From the NCBI GenBank assembly GCA_965237955.1, contig OZ250169.1, positions 6,334,766-6,398,765 of the forward strand: a stretch of DNA of 64,000 nt, written 5' to 3'. The notes beneath the pieces are model-generated. The model had not been told where the DNA came from, ran no database searches, and saw only the letters and a program-made list of their open reading frames with translations. Both the position numbers and the translations under genes were made by a program. Positions 55,121-64,000 of this stretch are shown piece by piece (position 1 is the first letter of the stretch; each line of letters starts with the position of its first letter). This DNA comes from Candidatus Marinacidobacterales bacterium (lineage in GTDB: Bacteria; Acidobacteriota; Vicinamibacteria; Marinacidobacterales; SMYC01).

Positions 55121-55506
55121 CGCGCAGCCTATGGTCGTAGCTCCGGCGCACTCGCTGGGTTCTATTCATACCCAAGAATGACAGGGAGCTATTCCCATGG
55201 CCAGCCGGCCGATAATGGCTGTCTGCAAAGGATCTTGTCGAACGTTCGCTCTCCATCCTCCACAATGATCGTGCGAGGAGCACGGCTTTGTCGGGCACCG
55301 AAGCGTTATCGCCGAGGTAATCGGCATTGTCACGACGAGCGACAGCGGGGCAGATCAGTGTAGCGGCAGCGGATCAGCCGGAGCCTCCTAACAACCGCAT
55401 GCAACGGACGGTCGCCGAGTCATGCTATTTTCCTGTGTTGGCGGGTAGGTGTGCTACCCTCCCACTCTCGAGCTACATCCACACGATGCGCGAAGGGAGG
55501 ACCGCC

Positions 55507-57570
55507 ATGTTGAAGCGTTCGCTGATTGTAGCCTCTCTCGCCCTCTGCCTCGTGAGCCAAGCTACCGCCCAAACGAGCGGCAACCGGTTGACGCTTGAAG
55601 GGTACCTCGATTACGAGACCGTCGACGACCCCAGACTGTCTCCCGACGGAAGCCGCGTCGTCTACACGCGCCAGTGGTTCGACAAGCTGGCCGATCGGCA
55701 GCAATCGTCCGTCTGGATCGTGAACGCCGACGGCACCCGCAATCGCTTTCTGATCGATGGCTCGAATGCTCGTTGGTCTCCCTCGGGCGACCGGTTGGCA
55801 TTCGTCGCGCCTGGCGAGCCCAAGGGGCCACAAGTATTCGTACGCTGGATGGATGCAGAAGGGTCCGTCACTCAAATCACCCGCGTCGACCAATCCCCTT
55901 CCAACGTCGCATGGTCTCCGGACGGCACCAAGATAGCTTTCACCATGTTGGTAGAAAAGAAGAACGAGTGGCCCATCGATCTGCCGAAGCCGCCCCAAGG
56001 AGCCAAGTGGACCGAGTCCCCCAAGATCATCGAGCGGCTCGAATACCGCCGGGATGGTATCGGCTATATCGATACAGGGTACCTTCACATCTTTGTCGTT
56101 GCCGCGGAAGGCGGCACACCGCGGCAGATCACTTCGGGCGACTACGACCACCCCGGGAGAGACCCTACTGCGAACAACAATCTGGCCTGGACGCCGGATA
56201 GCAAACAGATCCTCTTCAGCGGGCTCCGTGCCCAAGATGCCGACTATCAATGGCGGGAGTCCGAGATCTACGCGGTCGATGTCGCCACGAGCGAGGTGCA
56301 TCGCCTCACCGATCGCAAAGGCCAAGATCAGACACCGAGAGTCTCGCCCGATGGAACGAAAGTCGCCTACAGGGGTTACGACTGGCACCGCGACTTTTAT
56401 ATGCACAAGATCTACGTCATGGACATCGACGGCCGGAATCCTCGACTGGTCTCCGGCGATTGGGACCGTCGCTCGAAAGCCCTTTTCTGGGGAAGCGACA
56501 GCGACAGGCTCTACTTTACGGCCGAGAACGAAGGCAGCCGCAACCTTTACGCCCTTCCTCTGACCGGACCTAAGGCCAACAAAGTGGTGCCGGTGACGGA
56601 AGGTAACCATTGGGTCACGGTGTCCGAGATCAGTCCCAAAGGCCAGGCCGTTGCGGTTCGGACCGATTTCCATCGGCCGCAGGACGTCGTTCTCTTCGAC
56701 GTTGCCCGAGCCGGAGCGATGAAGCAGCTGACGCACGTCAACGACGATATCCTCGAAGGCATCGATCTCGGGGAAGTGGAGGAGATCTGGTACGAAGCGC
56801 CGGACGGTGTTCGCGTCCAAGGCTGGTATATGACACCGCCGGATTTCGATGCGACGAAGACCTATTCCATGCAGCTTCACATCCACGGTGGCCCTCACGC
56901 CATGTACGGAGCACAGTTCAAATACAGCTGGCACGAGCACGCGGCCAACGATTACGTCATCCTGTTTACCAACCCCCGAGGCAGCAGCGGTTATGGCAGC
57001 AAGTTTGGAAACTTGATCGCCGACGCCTACCCCGGCCCGGACTATCAGGATTTGATGGCCGGCGTCGACACGATGCTGGAAAAGGGCTTCGTCGACGAGC
57101 AGAATCTCTTCGTCACCGGCTGCAGCGGAGGGGGCATCCTCACGGCATGGGTCGTTACCCAGACGGATCGATTCGCTGCAGCCTCTTCCAACTGCACCAT
57201 CGTGGATTGGGTGAGCCTGCTGGGCACCACGGACATCACCTGGGCCTTCTATCACTTATTCCTCAAGCTTCCCTGGGAAGACCCGACATTGTGGTTGAAG
57301 CACTCCCCCATCAATCACGTGGAGAACGTGAAGACACCGACGATGCTCATCACCGGAGAGGAAGACCTGAGAACGCCGGTCACCCAAGCTGAGCAGTTCT
57401 ATCGGGCCTTGAAGTTCTTGAAAGTCCCGACAGCGCTTCTGCGCTACAAAGACCAGGCTCACGGAACCGGGAGCCGTCCTTCCAACTTCATGAGGACTCA
57501 GCTCTATTTGCGCTACTGGTTCGACAAATACAAACGCCCATCGGGGCGGGCAACGGACCATCAGGAGTAG
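55507..57570 (+). CDS. S9-family serine peptidase (prolyl oligopeptidase/acylaminoacyl peptidase-like) with N-terminal beta-propeller
   Basis: GGGAGG SD. Signal peptide MLKRSLIVASLALCLVSQATA. Repeated SPDG/WSPDG propeller motifs. VTGCSGGG nucleophile elbow. Late GEEDLRTP and QAHG. Confidence 0.9.
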   Translation: MLKRSLIVASLALCLVSQATAQTSGNRLTLEGYLDYETVDDPRLSPDGSRVVYTRQWFDKLADRQQSSVWIVNADGTRNRFLIDGSNARWSPSGDRLAFVAPGEPKGPQVFVRWMDAEGSVTQITRVDQSPSNVAWSPDGTKIAFTMLVEKKNEWPIDLPKPPQGAKWTESPKIIERLEYRRDGIGYIDTGYLHIFVVAAEGGTPRQITSGDYDHPGRDPTANNNLAWTPDSKQILFSGLRAQDADYQWRESEIYAVDVATSEVHRLTDRKGQDQTPRVSPDGTKVAYRGYDWHRDFYMHKIYVMDIDGRNPRLVSGDWDRRSKALFWGSDSDRLYFTAENEGSRNLYALPLTGPKANKVVPVTEGNHWVTVSEISPKGQAVAVRTDFHRPQDVVLFDVARAGAMKQLTHVNDDILEGIDLGEVEEIWYEAPDGVRVQGWYMTPPDFDATKTYSMQLHIHGGPHAMYGAQFKYSWHEHAANDYVILFTNPRGSSGYGSKFGNLIADAYPGPDYQDLMAGVDTMLEKGFVDEQNLFVTGCSGGGILTAWVVTQTDRFAAASSNCTIVDWVSLLGTTDITWAFYHLFLKLPWEDPTLWLKHSPINHVENVKTPTMLITGEEDLRTPVTQAEQFYRALKFLKVPTALLRYKDQAHGTGSRPSNFMRTQLYLRYWFDKYKRPSGRATDHQE

Positions 57571-57702
57571 GATCACTGCCGCGCCTTCGCCTCCCGCGTG
57601 ACCCGGATTTGCCTCCCACCCCCCCGGTGGCGAGCGAGGCGACCTCCAAGTTTTCTCTTTTCCTTTTGGCGTCAATGGGTTGCCGTGCTACTCAAACAGA
57701 CC

Positions 57703-58179
57703 TTATGGAGATGCACGAGCAGGTTTTCGACGAGCTCGGGTTCTAGCGGACTTCCGCGCCGCGGTTCGTGTACCTGAAGATTGGCAGCGCTGACAACTCG
57801 CTGCTCGATTCACCGCGTTCCTGGCCCGCTGCGCTTTCTTGCGTTGCTCGGAGAGGCGCTCTAACAGGTTCTCCTCGCGGCCGAAGTAGACCTCGTCCGG
57901 CGTACGACCTCCGAGAACGGCGCGCGGGATCTTTTCATTGTGCTCGCGGACGTAGAACGCGACGAGACGCCTCACGGCCACCGTACTGTCGAGGATGTTC
58001 AGGAACAGCCACGCGTGCTTCAATTGTCGCCAAATCGTTCCTGCGATGTCTGATGCGTCTTCCACAGAGAGCTCGAAGACACCCATTGCTCTACTCCCTG
58101 TCTGCAGAACACCGGGATGAGCGGCGGCACGGCGAAGGTGTCGACCGAGACCGCCAACGTTATCTACCCAGTGTCTCAT
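57703..58179 (-). pseudogene. Truncated paralog of the rve transposase (C-terminal about 110 codons)
   Basis: WRQLKHAWLFLNILDSTVAVRRLVAFYVREHNEKIPRAVLGGRTPDEVYFGREE... About 85% nt identity to 53822-54150 by eye. Homology ends near 58030. Confidence 0.7.
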
Positions 58180-58950
58180 GTCTGCCCGAAGGCTCGGTGC
58201 CGTCCGCTCAATCGCGTTGTTATGTGTCCATTCCGTCGTCCCGGAGGAATCGATGCCCTTGCACCCGCTCAGAATGTAAAGACTAAATAGTGACAGGAAA
58301 GATAGTCAGGATACTCAATCCTTTGGCTCTCCGCTGCTTCGAGGACCCCGAGTCGTCCATCCGAACGCGAGAAAAGGCGCACATTGTTGTTGTTTGGGTA
58401 TCCCGAACTCCTTGCCTGTAAAGAGCGCGAACTCATAAGTGGTCCTATCGTCCCACTCGCGGAGTAGATTTCCCAGACTTCGACTAAAGACTCGCGCCTC
58501 CCCATCTGCTATCTGTCCACGCAACCACCTTTGATAAGTCGCGTCAGCTTGTTCCCGAAGGCGCTTGAACGCGAGGTAATCTGACTCATCTTCACGACTC
58601 GCCCAATAAACATCCTCCGCTACCCGATTTGCAAAAACTCATCGTGATGCCTAGCCACAACATGATCAAACGAAGGGCGACCGCAAGTACGGCGATATGG
58701 TTTCTGAGCAGCGCTGGACCGACACGGCACATATCGCGTGCATCACAAGAGAGAAACGCAGACCAGAGCCGTACCGTCCCGATGACAGGCTCACCCCGCA
58801 GTTTGTCGCGGCGAGATTGCGGTAGTCCCGTCAACTCAATCCTGAATTGCCAACCACGGCTTTCGGGGCAGTTCCTGCCGCTTCAACAAAGTACACATAA
58901 CGTACCGATGAGCTGCCGCCGGGCTTCTACCTAGGAAATTCCAGGAAGTC

Positions 58951-60041
58951 GGTGCCTTGGTGCACAACTCGCGATCTCGGTCCACAATTGTCCTTTACTC
59001 ACGGATTCGAGGTTCCCCATGAGCATTTTCAAACGCACTCAGCGGAAGTATGTGAAGAAGGCCTATCGCGTGAGGAATTGGCGTGAATATGAGGCGGGTC
59101 TACGCAACCGTGGGAGCCTGACCGTCTGGATCTCGCTCACCGTCGGCAAGCTTGTGAACTGGGACGCGCCCCGGCCGAGGAGGAGGAAACCGGGCCGTCA
59201 ACGCAAGTACTCGAACCACGCCATCGAGACGGCTGTCACCCTGGGCATGGTGTTTCATCTGTCATCTAGGCAGAGCGAGGGATTGCTGCGATCGTTGTTC
59301 GCTCTGATGAAGCTAGACAATGATGTGCCCGATCACACCACGATCTCGAGGCGCAAGGCGAAGCTGGGTAAGGTCCCCTTCTACCAAGACAAGCAGAAGA
59401 CGCCGTTGCACATCTTGATCGACAGCAGCGGTCTCGCTGTCCACGCCGGCCAGCTGCGCAGAGCACCAAAGAGCAGGGACTATCGCAAGCTCCATCTGTG
59501 TGTCGACGAGCAGAGTGGCGAAGTCGTCGCCGGCGAGCTGACGAGCAAAAGAGCCCGCGATTCATCGCGGGTTGCATCGCTTGTCGGACAGATCGACAGT
59601 CCCATCTCATCGGCCAGAGCTGACACCGCATACGACGCCGGCGGCGTCTATGAGGCGATCGAGAATCACAGCGCTCATTGCTCGCCGAGGGTGCTGATAC
59701 CGCCGCGCAAGGGCGCCCAGCTCGCATCGGGGCCGGCGAGCAGCCGACAGCGCAATCGCAACATTGCAGCACAAGATCGGCTCGGCAAACGAAAGTGGCA
59801 CACAGAATCGGGCTACAGCAAACGGAGCAAAGTCGAGACAACGTTCCATCGCTACAAGGCTATCGTGGGCTCAGCGATGCGAGCGAGAGGGTTGGCGGCA
59901 CAGAGAGTCGAGGCAAGGATCGGGTGCAAGATTCTCAACACGATGACGGCGCTCGGGATGCCTGATAGCGAGATGATCGGATGATGGGAGTCGGGGCCAA
60001 GCGAGCTCTCGGCCTCTATCGGAGTTGTGCACCAAGGCAGC
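58951..60041 (+). mobile_element. IS5-family (IS903-group-like) insertion sequence (1091 bp), apparently intact
   Basis: IRs GGTGCCTTGGTGCACAACTC (58951-) and rc GCTGCCTTGGTGCACAACTC (-60041). Single 321-aa transposase. Confidence 0.82.
59019..59984 (+). CDS. IS903-like DDE transposase
   Basis: YVKKAYRVRNWREYEAGLRNRGSLTVWI...HILIDSSGLAVHAGQ...ADTAYDAGGVYEAI...GYSKRSKVETTFHRYKAIVG. Confidence 0.9.
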   Translation: MSIFKRTQRKYVKKAYRVRNWREYEAGLRNRGSLTVWISLTVGKLVNWDAPRPRRRKPGRQRKYSNHAIETAVTLGMVFHLSSRQSEGLLRSLFALMKLDNDVPDHTTISRRKAKLGKVPFYQDKQKTPLHILIDSSGLAVHAGQLRRAPKSRDYRKLHLCVDEQSGEVVAGELTSKRARDSSRVASLVGQIDSPISSARADTAYDAGGVYEAIENHSAHCSPRVLIPPRKGAQLASGPASSRQRNRNIAAQDRLGKRKWHTESGYSKRSKVETTFHRYKAIVGSAMRARGLAAQRVEARIGCKILNTMTALGMPDSEMIG

Positions 60042-60160
60042 ATGTCGGCGTGGATGACGACGGCTTCATCGTGGCGGCGAAGCTCACGAAGAGCAGCGAA
60101 GACGATCCGTCAGCGATACCTCGCGATCTTCATCAGGGACGGCGAGCTAAAGTCATAGCC
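60042..60160 (+). pseudogene. Relic of the other IS903-like type (matches 41083-41165)
   Basis: Encodes HVGVDDDGFIVAAKLTKSSEDDPSAIP, about 92% nt identical by eye to the 40597-41187 fragment. Confidence 0.6.
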
Positions 60161-60161
60161 G

Positions 60162-61070
60162 TCACTTCTTATGGCCGTAGCTGTTCGAATTTACTAGCCG
60201 GTCGAAGTACTGATACGCGGCTAGAGCGATCTCCGAGATGGCGAGCTCGGCCTCCGCGCCGTCCAGTAGCCAGTTCGCCATGGCAGCCACGATGAACGGC
60301 CGTTCTTCCAGATAGACAATCCCTACGTCGACGACCACCCCCGACACGGTCCCGGTCTTGTGCGCCACGCGTGTGCCCGGCGGCAGTAGCGAACGGATGC
60401 GGCTCGATTTCGGGATCGTGAGGATGTGAAGGATTTCATTGCGCGACGCCAAGCTCAGCACGTCGCCTCGATAAATCAGCTCGAGGAGCTGCGCTTGCTC
60501 GTTCGGCGTCGAGAGATTCTCCCGATCCGCGATCCAGGCCTCGGTGTCCATCATCTTCCGCTGGAGCTTCGTGTGCGATAGCCCGAGCCCCGACATGGTG
60601 GCGTTGACGTTGTCCATACCGACCCGATCGATGATCATGTTGGTGGCGGTGTTGTCGCTCACGGTAACCATGAGCGTCGCCACATCGCCGAGCGTCATGC
60701 GCACGCTCCCCGGGGTGAGCTGCTGGAGCACTCCACTCCCCGGGACGATGTCGTCGGGCCGGAGCGTTACCACCTCGTTGAGGCTGTAGCGTCCCTCTTC
60801 CACCTGGCGAAAGAGCTCCACGAGAACCGGCAGTTTGATAGCACTCGCCTGCGTGAACACGATGTCGCCGTTCACGGAAAAGCTCTCATCGGTCTTGAGG
60901 TCCGTTATCGTGACGCCGACGACCCCGTCCACGCCGTCGGATAGAGCCTGAACTCTGTGCTCGAATCGAGCGCGGAGAATCTCCTGCGGGGTTTCGACCG
61001 GCAACACGGCAAGCACGAACATCCATAGGTTCATAGGCACGATTCTGCTCCATGCGCTTTCGCCTCGCAA
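60162..61070 (-). CDS. Class A beta-lactamase-family serine hydrolase
   Basis: 302 aa. Signal-like N-terminus. SxxK as QASAIKL, SDN as VSDNTATN, KTG as HKTGT. Confidence 0.8.
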   Translation of the reverse strand: MRGESAWSRIVPMNLWMFVLAVLPVETPQEILRARFEHRVQALSDGVDGVVGVTITDLKTDESFSVNGDIVFTQASAIKLPVLVELFRQVEEGRYSLNEVVTLRPDDIVPGSGVLQQLTPGSVRMTLGDVATLMVTVSDNTATNMIIDRVGMDNVNATMSGLGLSHTKLQRKMMDTEAWIADRENLSTPNEQAQLLELIYRGDVLSLASRNEILHILTIPKSSRIRSLLPPGTRVAHKTGTVSGVVVDVGIVYLEERPFIVAAMANWLLDGAEAELAISEIALAAYQYFDRLVNSNSYGHKK

Positions 61071-61275
61071 CCTTCAACGCATAGGCTGCACAGATTGTCA
61101 GGAGGCTCCCAATGAGAAGAATTGCAATGGCTTTTTGCGATGGCAAGCGTCGCTGGCGCCCAGGATCGCCTCGAAGATCTGGGTGCTTGCGTCATCAAAG
61201 TGTTGGTGATATGACGCCAGTTGAAACGTTCCCCTTGCGCTGCAATCCTCTAAGGAGTGTCCCTTAGTCGAGCTG

Positions 61276-62577
61276 TCAGCCATGCTTCCTGCTCCAGAAG
61301 TTCATCGTCAAATACACCACACTCAACAGTGCAAGAAAAATCAACATCGCACTGAGCTCGTTAGGTGGCAAGTGCGACAAGAACCACAGAATTGCGAGCA
61401 CGGACGTAGCCGGTATGAAATACCCGCCAGGCATTTTGTACGCTCCCGCCATATCCTGTTTGGCTATCCTGTATTTGATGACCGCTAGAATGACCCCCAG
61501 GTAAATCAACAAGAAAGAAGCGCTCGCTAACATCGCGAGTTGCCTGAACTCCCCGGTGCAGGCAAAAAAGCATGCAAGCACGGCGTAGCTGATGATCGCG
61601 ATATGTGGAGTTGAATAACGTGGATGGATGTTGGCGAGACTCTTTGGCAGGATGACCTCGTCTCTTGCTGCTGCGAAAATGATTCTGGGCATATTGAGGG
61701 CAAAACCGCTCAGATTGCCAAACATTGAAAAGCATGCACCGACAACGACGAGGGTTGCGCCCAACGGCCCGATCATCGTTTTGCCGACTTCGGCGAGCGG
61801 GGCATCCTTGAAATTGGGCAAGGTTGCACCAAGCACGCCTTGAGCCGTAAGTTGGATAAGTGTGTACAACAGCACGACGCTCAGCGCGCTCAACATGATG
61901 CCTTTGGGAATCGTCGTTTGCGGCTTCTTGATTTCCCCGCTGACGTTCAACGCAATCTCGATTCCCATGAATGCAAAAAGCAAGATCAAAGACGCTTCGC
62001 CGAGGTCCGTCAGCGAAGGCGTGGATGTCCAGGAAAAATTTGAGGGCGAGAACGACAGCCACCCGAAAAGGACGATGAAAAGTAGCGGAGTCAATTTGGC
62101 GACGGTGTTGAACTTGACCAGGAACAGGCCTTTCTTGAGACCTTTGATGTTTAAATACGCGAAACTGGTAAACATTGCGACGAAGAGCAGTACCCGCATC
62201 CCCTGAGCTTTGAAAACCGGAAAGAAGTAGGCCAAGGTGCCAGCCAACGCATTTGCAACAGCAGCGTTGGCCATGATCGCACCGCCAAAGATGAAGATGT
62301 TCGTAGTGAGGAAGCCCGCATATTTGCCGAAAGCGACTTCGATGTACGCGTAGGCGCCGCCGGTGACAGTGATTCGACTGCCGATTTCGGCGAAGCAGAG
62401 CATGATGAGCACTATGAGAACGCCGCATATGACATATGCGAGGACACTGGCGGTTCCCAATCGTTCGGCAACAATTGCTGGTAGGATAAAAATACCCGCA
62501 CCGACGACGATATTGATGGAATTTGAGACCAGGCCCCAAACCCCAATTTCTCTTTTTAGGCCGTCGTTTTCACTCAT
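61276..62577 (-). CDS. APC-superfamily amino acid permease
   Basis: 433 aa, about 12 TM. GVWGLVSNSINIVVGAGIFILPAIVAERLG and FAEIGSRITVTGGAYAYIE. GC visibly lower than the neighbours. Confidence 0.87.
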   Translation of the reverse strand: MSENDGLKREIGVWGLVSNSINIVVGAGIFILPAIVAERLGTASVLAYVICGVLIVLIMLCFAEIGSRITVTGGAYAYIEVAFGKYAGFLTTNIFIFGGAIMANAAVANALAGTLAYFFPVFKAQGMRVLLFVAMFTSFAYLNIKGLKKGLFLVKFNTVAKLTPLLFIVLFGWLSFSPSNFSWTSTPSLTDLGEASLILLFAFMGIEIALNVSGEIKKPQTTIPKGIMLSALSVVLLYTLIQLTAQGVLGATLPNFKDAPLAEVGKTMIGPLGATLVVVGACFSMFGNLSGFALNMPRIIFAAARDEVILPKSLANIHPRYSTPHIAIISYAVLACFFACTGEFRQLAMLASASFLLIYLGVILAVIKYRIAKQDMAGAYKMPGGYFIPATSVLAILWFLSHLPPNELSAMLIFLALLSVVYLTMNFWSRKHG

Positions 62578-62891
62578 CCTAACCTCGAGATCGAGCTGCG
62601 TCGCTAAGCGTTCGAAGGTGGGGTGATCCCGTCACCTTACTCCTTCGAGCGCGGTTCGATATCCACGCGGGCGATCGCCAGGCCATCAGGTGCATGATGG
62701 CAAGCGCGCCTGGGGGCAGGATCATACGTCTCGGACGATCGATTCACCACCCGCCGCGGGGAAAGCGATCGCATACTGAATGCCTCGCTTTGACCCCCAA
62801 CGAGGAGAGTGTGGAAGGACGCTCGCTCCGGCGGTCTCTTCGTTTTTCACGGTATGATGCCGCTGCCTTATCGGGTAGAAAAGAGGGCTCT

Positions 62892-63164
62892 ATGTTTGGG
62901 GCACGAGACGGATTGTTGGGTTGCCTTATCGCCGTCGCGGTGGGATGCGGCGCTTCCGAAACCGACGAGGCCGAACAACGTCCCACTTCAGTCGTAACGG
63001 AAACAATATCGAGGCTGATACATGCCGCTTCGCCGGACGCGCAGCTGGCCAATATCGATTTGCAGAACATGCTGCAGAAGCAGTAGCAGACCCTACAGAT
63101 GCTCTCAAATATCTCCAAGATGCTTCACGATACCGCCATGGGAGTGACCAGGAAGATCGGGTGA
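62892..63164 (+). pseudogene. Small lipoprotein-like ORF with an in-frame TAG before a conserved-looking tail
   Basis: MFGARDGLLGCLIAVAVGCGASE...ANIDLQNMLQKQ-TAG(63084)-QTLQMLSNISKMLHDTAMGVTRKIG*. The Gln-rich heptad pattern continues across the stop. Confidence 0.4.
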
Positions 63165-63418
63165 AGCGCCCAGAAGCGAAGTATCGCCCCCGACGCTTAG
63201 AACGACGGCACAGTAAGGATCGCATTCGGACGACATCCCACCGGGTCGAGCCCAAACCTGCTGATACCCTATCAGACGTTCAATGTTATAGTGAACAACC
63301 ACCGCCTATAAGACTGTGGCTTCAAGGGTTGTCAATTGGAAATTGACTGTCGTCACGTTGCTACCCGCCGATCGCAAGGCGCCGAAATCGATTCGGTAGC
63401 GCAAAAAGGAGAAAATTG

Positions 63419-64000
63419 ATGAGCTCACTCGACCGCCGAACTTTCTTGAAGACCACCGCGGCTAGTCTCGCGGTTGTGCCTGCGAGCCGGGCGCTGGCAG
63501 CACCCTCCGACGAGGACCCTCTGGGTGTGCGCCACGACTTCCCAATCACCGACACGCATACCTACCTCAACACTGCCGGCACCGGACCCTTTCCGATAGC
63601 GGTGAGGGATGCCGCCGTCGCTTTCGCGGACGAGATCATGCGCACGCCTTTCTCCGCCCGTAGGGGACAGACTCGAGAGGAGGCGCGCGAGCGGTTTGCC
63701 GCGCTATTCGGCGCCAAGCCCGAAGAGATCGCCATTCTCTACTCCACGAGCGACGGTGAGAACATCGTCGCCAGCGCTCTCGACCTCGGACCCGGCGACA
63801 ACGTCGTCATCGACGAGCTCCACTTCGTGACGAGCTTCGTCCTGTACCGAGAACTCGAGAAAGAGAAAGGCATCGAGCTCCGTATCGTGCCTCAGCGAGA
63901 CGGTCGCTCGGACATGGAGGATTTCGACGCCCGCATCGATGGCAAAACGAAGCTCGTGTCGGTGGCGTGGGTCTCGAATCGTAACGGCTTTCGCGAGGAC
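63419..64000 (+). CDS. Class-V aminotransferase-fold PLP enzyme with Tat signal (3' end beyond window)
   Basis: AAGGAG SD. Own translation MSSLDRRTFLKTTAASLAVVPASRALA...THTYLNTAGTGPFP...ILYSTSDGENIVASAL...KLVSVAWVSNRNG. No stop before the window end. Confidence 0.7.
   Translation, partial: MSSLDRRTFLKTTAASLAVVPASRALAAPSDEDPLGVRHDFPITDTHTYLNTAGTGPFPIAVRDAAVAFADEIMRTPFSARRGQTREEARERFAALFGAKPEEIAILYSTSDGENIVASALDLGPGDNVVIDELHFVTSFVLYRELEKEKGIELRIVPQRDGRSDMEDFDARIDGKTKLVSVAWVSNRNGFRED

Noticed and set aside
1-64000. A search by eye for tRNA T-loop boxes (GGTTCGAATCC-like), rRNA segments and CRISPR repeats.
   Set aside because: No convincing candidate was seen. The only GGTTCGA match (45950) is inside the IS256 inverted repeat. 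A proper tRNAscan/Infernal run is still needed to be sure.

Overview
High-GC (about 60-65% by eye) segment from a diderm bacterium.

**1-12.3 kb, core-like genes.** A 2Fe-2S ferredoxin-like gene and a Ni/Co permease, an RHH protein and lexA. Divergent from lexA is an RnfD-like membrane protein with two tandem DUF2330 secreted paralogs. Then a DinB-like gene, a swivel-first aconitase-family protein, ETF-ubiquinone oxidoreductase and a long secreted repeat protein.

**13.1-32.3 kb, heavy-metal island.** An outer-membrane factor plus a multicopper oxidase, a Cys-rich lipoprotein, and an apparently intact cusCBA-like operon led by a small Cys-rich gene. A second, divergent HME-RND operon is led by a small His-rich gene and is inactivated by a frameshift in the membrane-fusion gene and an in-frame TAG in the pump gene.

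**32.3-42.9 kb, IS graveyard.** An IS91 relic, IS21, an ISAzo13-like element, ISL3, and IS903-like halves around an IS3. These enclose a low-GC patch.

**45.1-53.6 kb, the most interesting part.** Five imperfect palindromes have attC-like ends (TAAC...GTTA), conserved arms and bulged bases. Each follows a small plus-strand ORF. This looks like an integron-type cassette array with no integron integrase in the window. It carries SUKH-like and orphan ORFs and is followed by a RES-Xre toxin-antitoxin pair. It is eroded by a nested IS256/ISL3 insertion and by an IS3.

**Right end.** rve-type transposase copies flank an S9 peptidase. Then come an IS903-like element, a class A beta-lactamase-like hydrolase, an APC permease and a partial Tat-signal class-V aminotransferase.

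I saw no rRNA, tRNA or CRISPR. Three near-identical ISL3 copies have 8-bp target duplications. Many genes carry frameshifts or in-frame TAG codons. Without reads I cannot tell real decay from assembly indels. All family calls rest on motif recognition by eye, not on searches.
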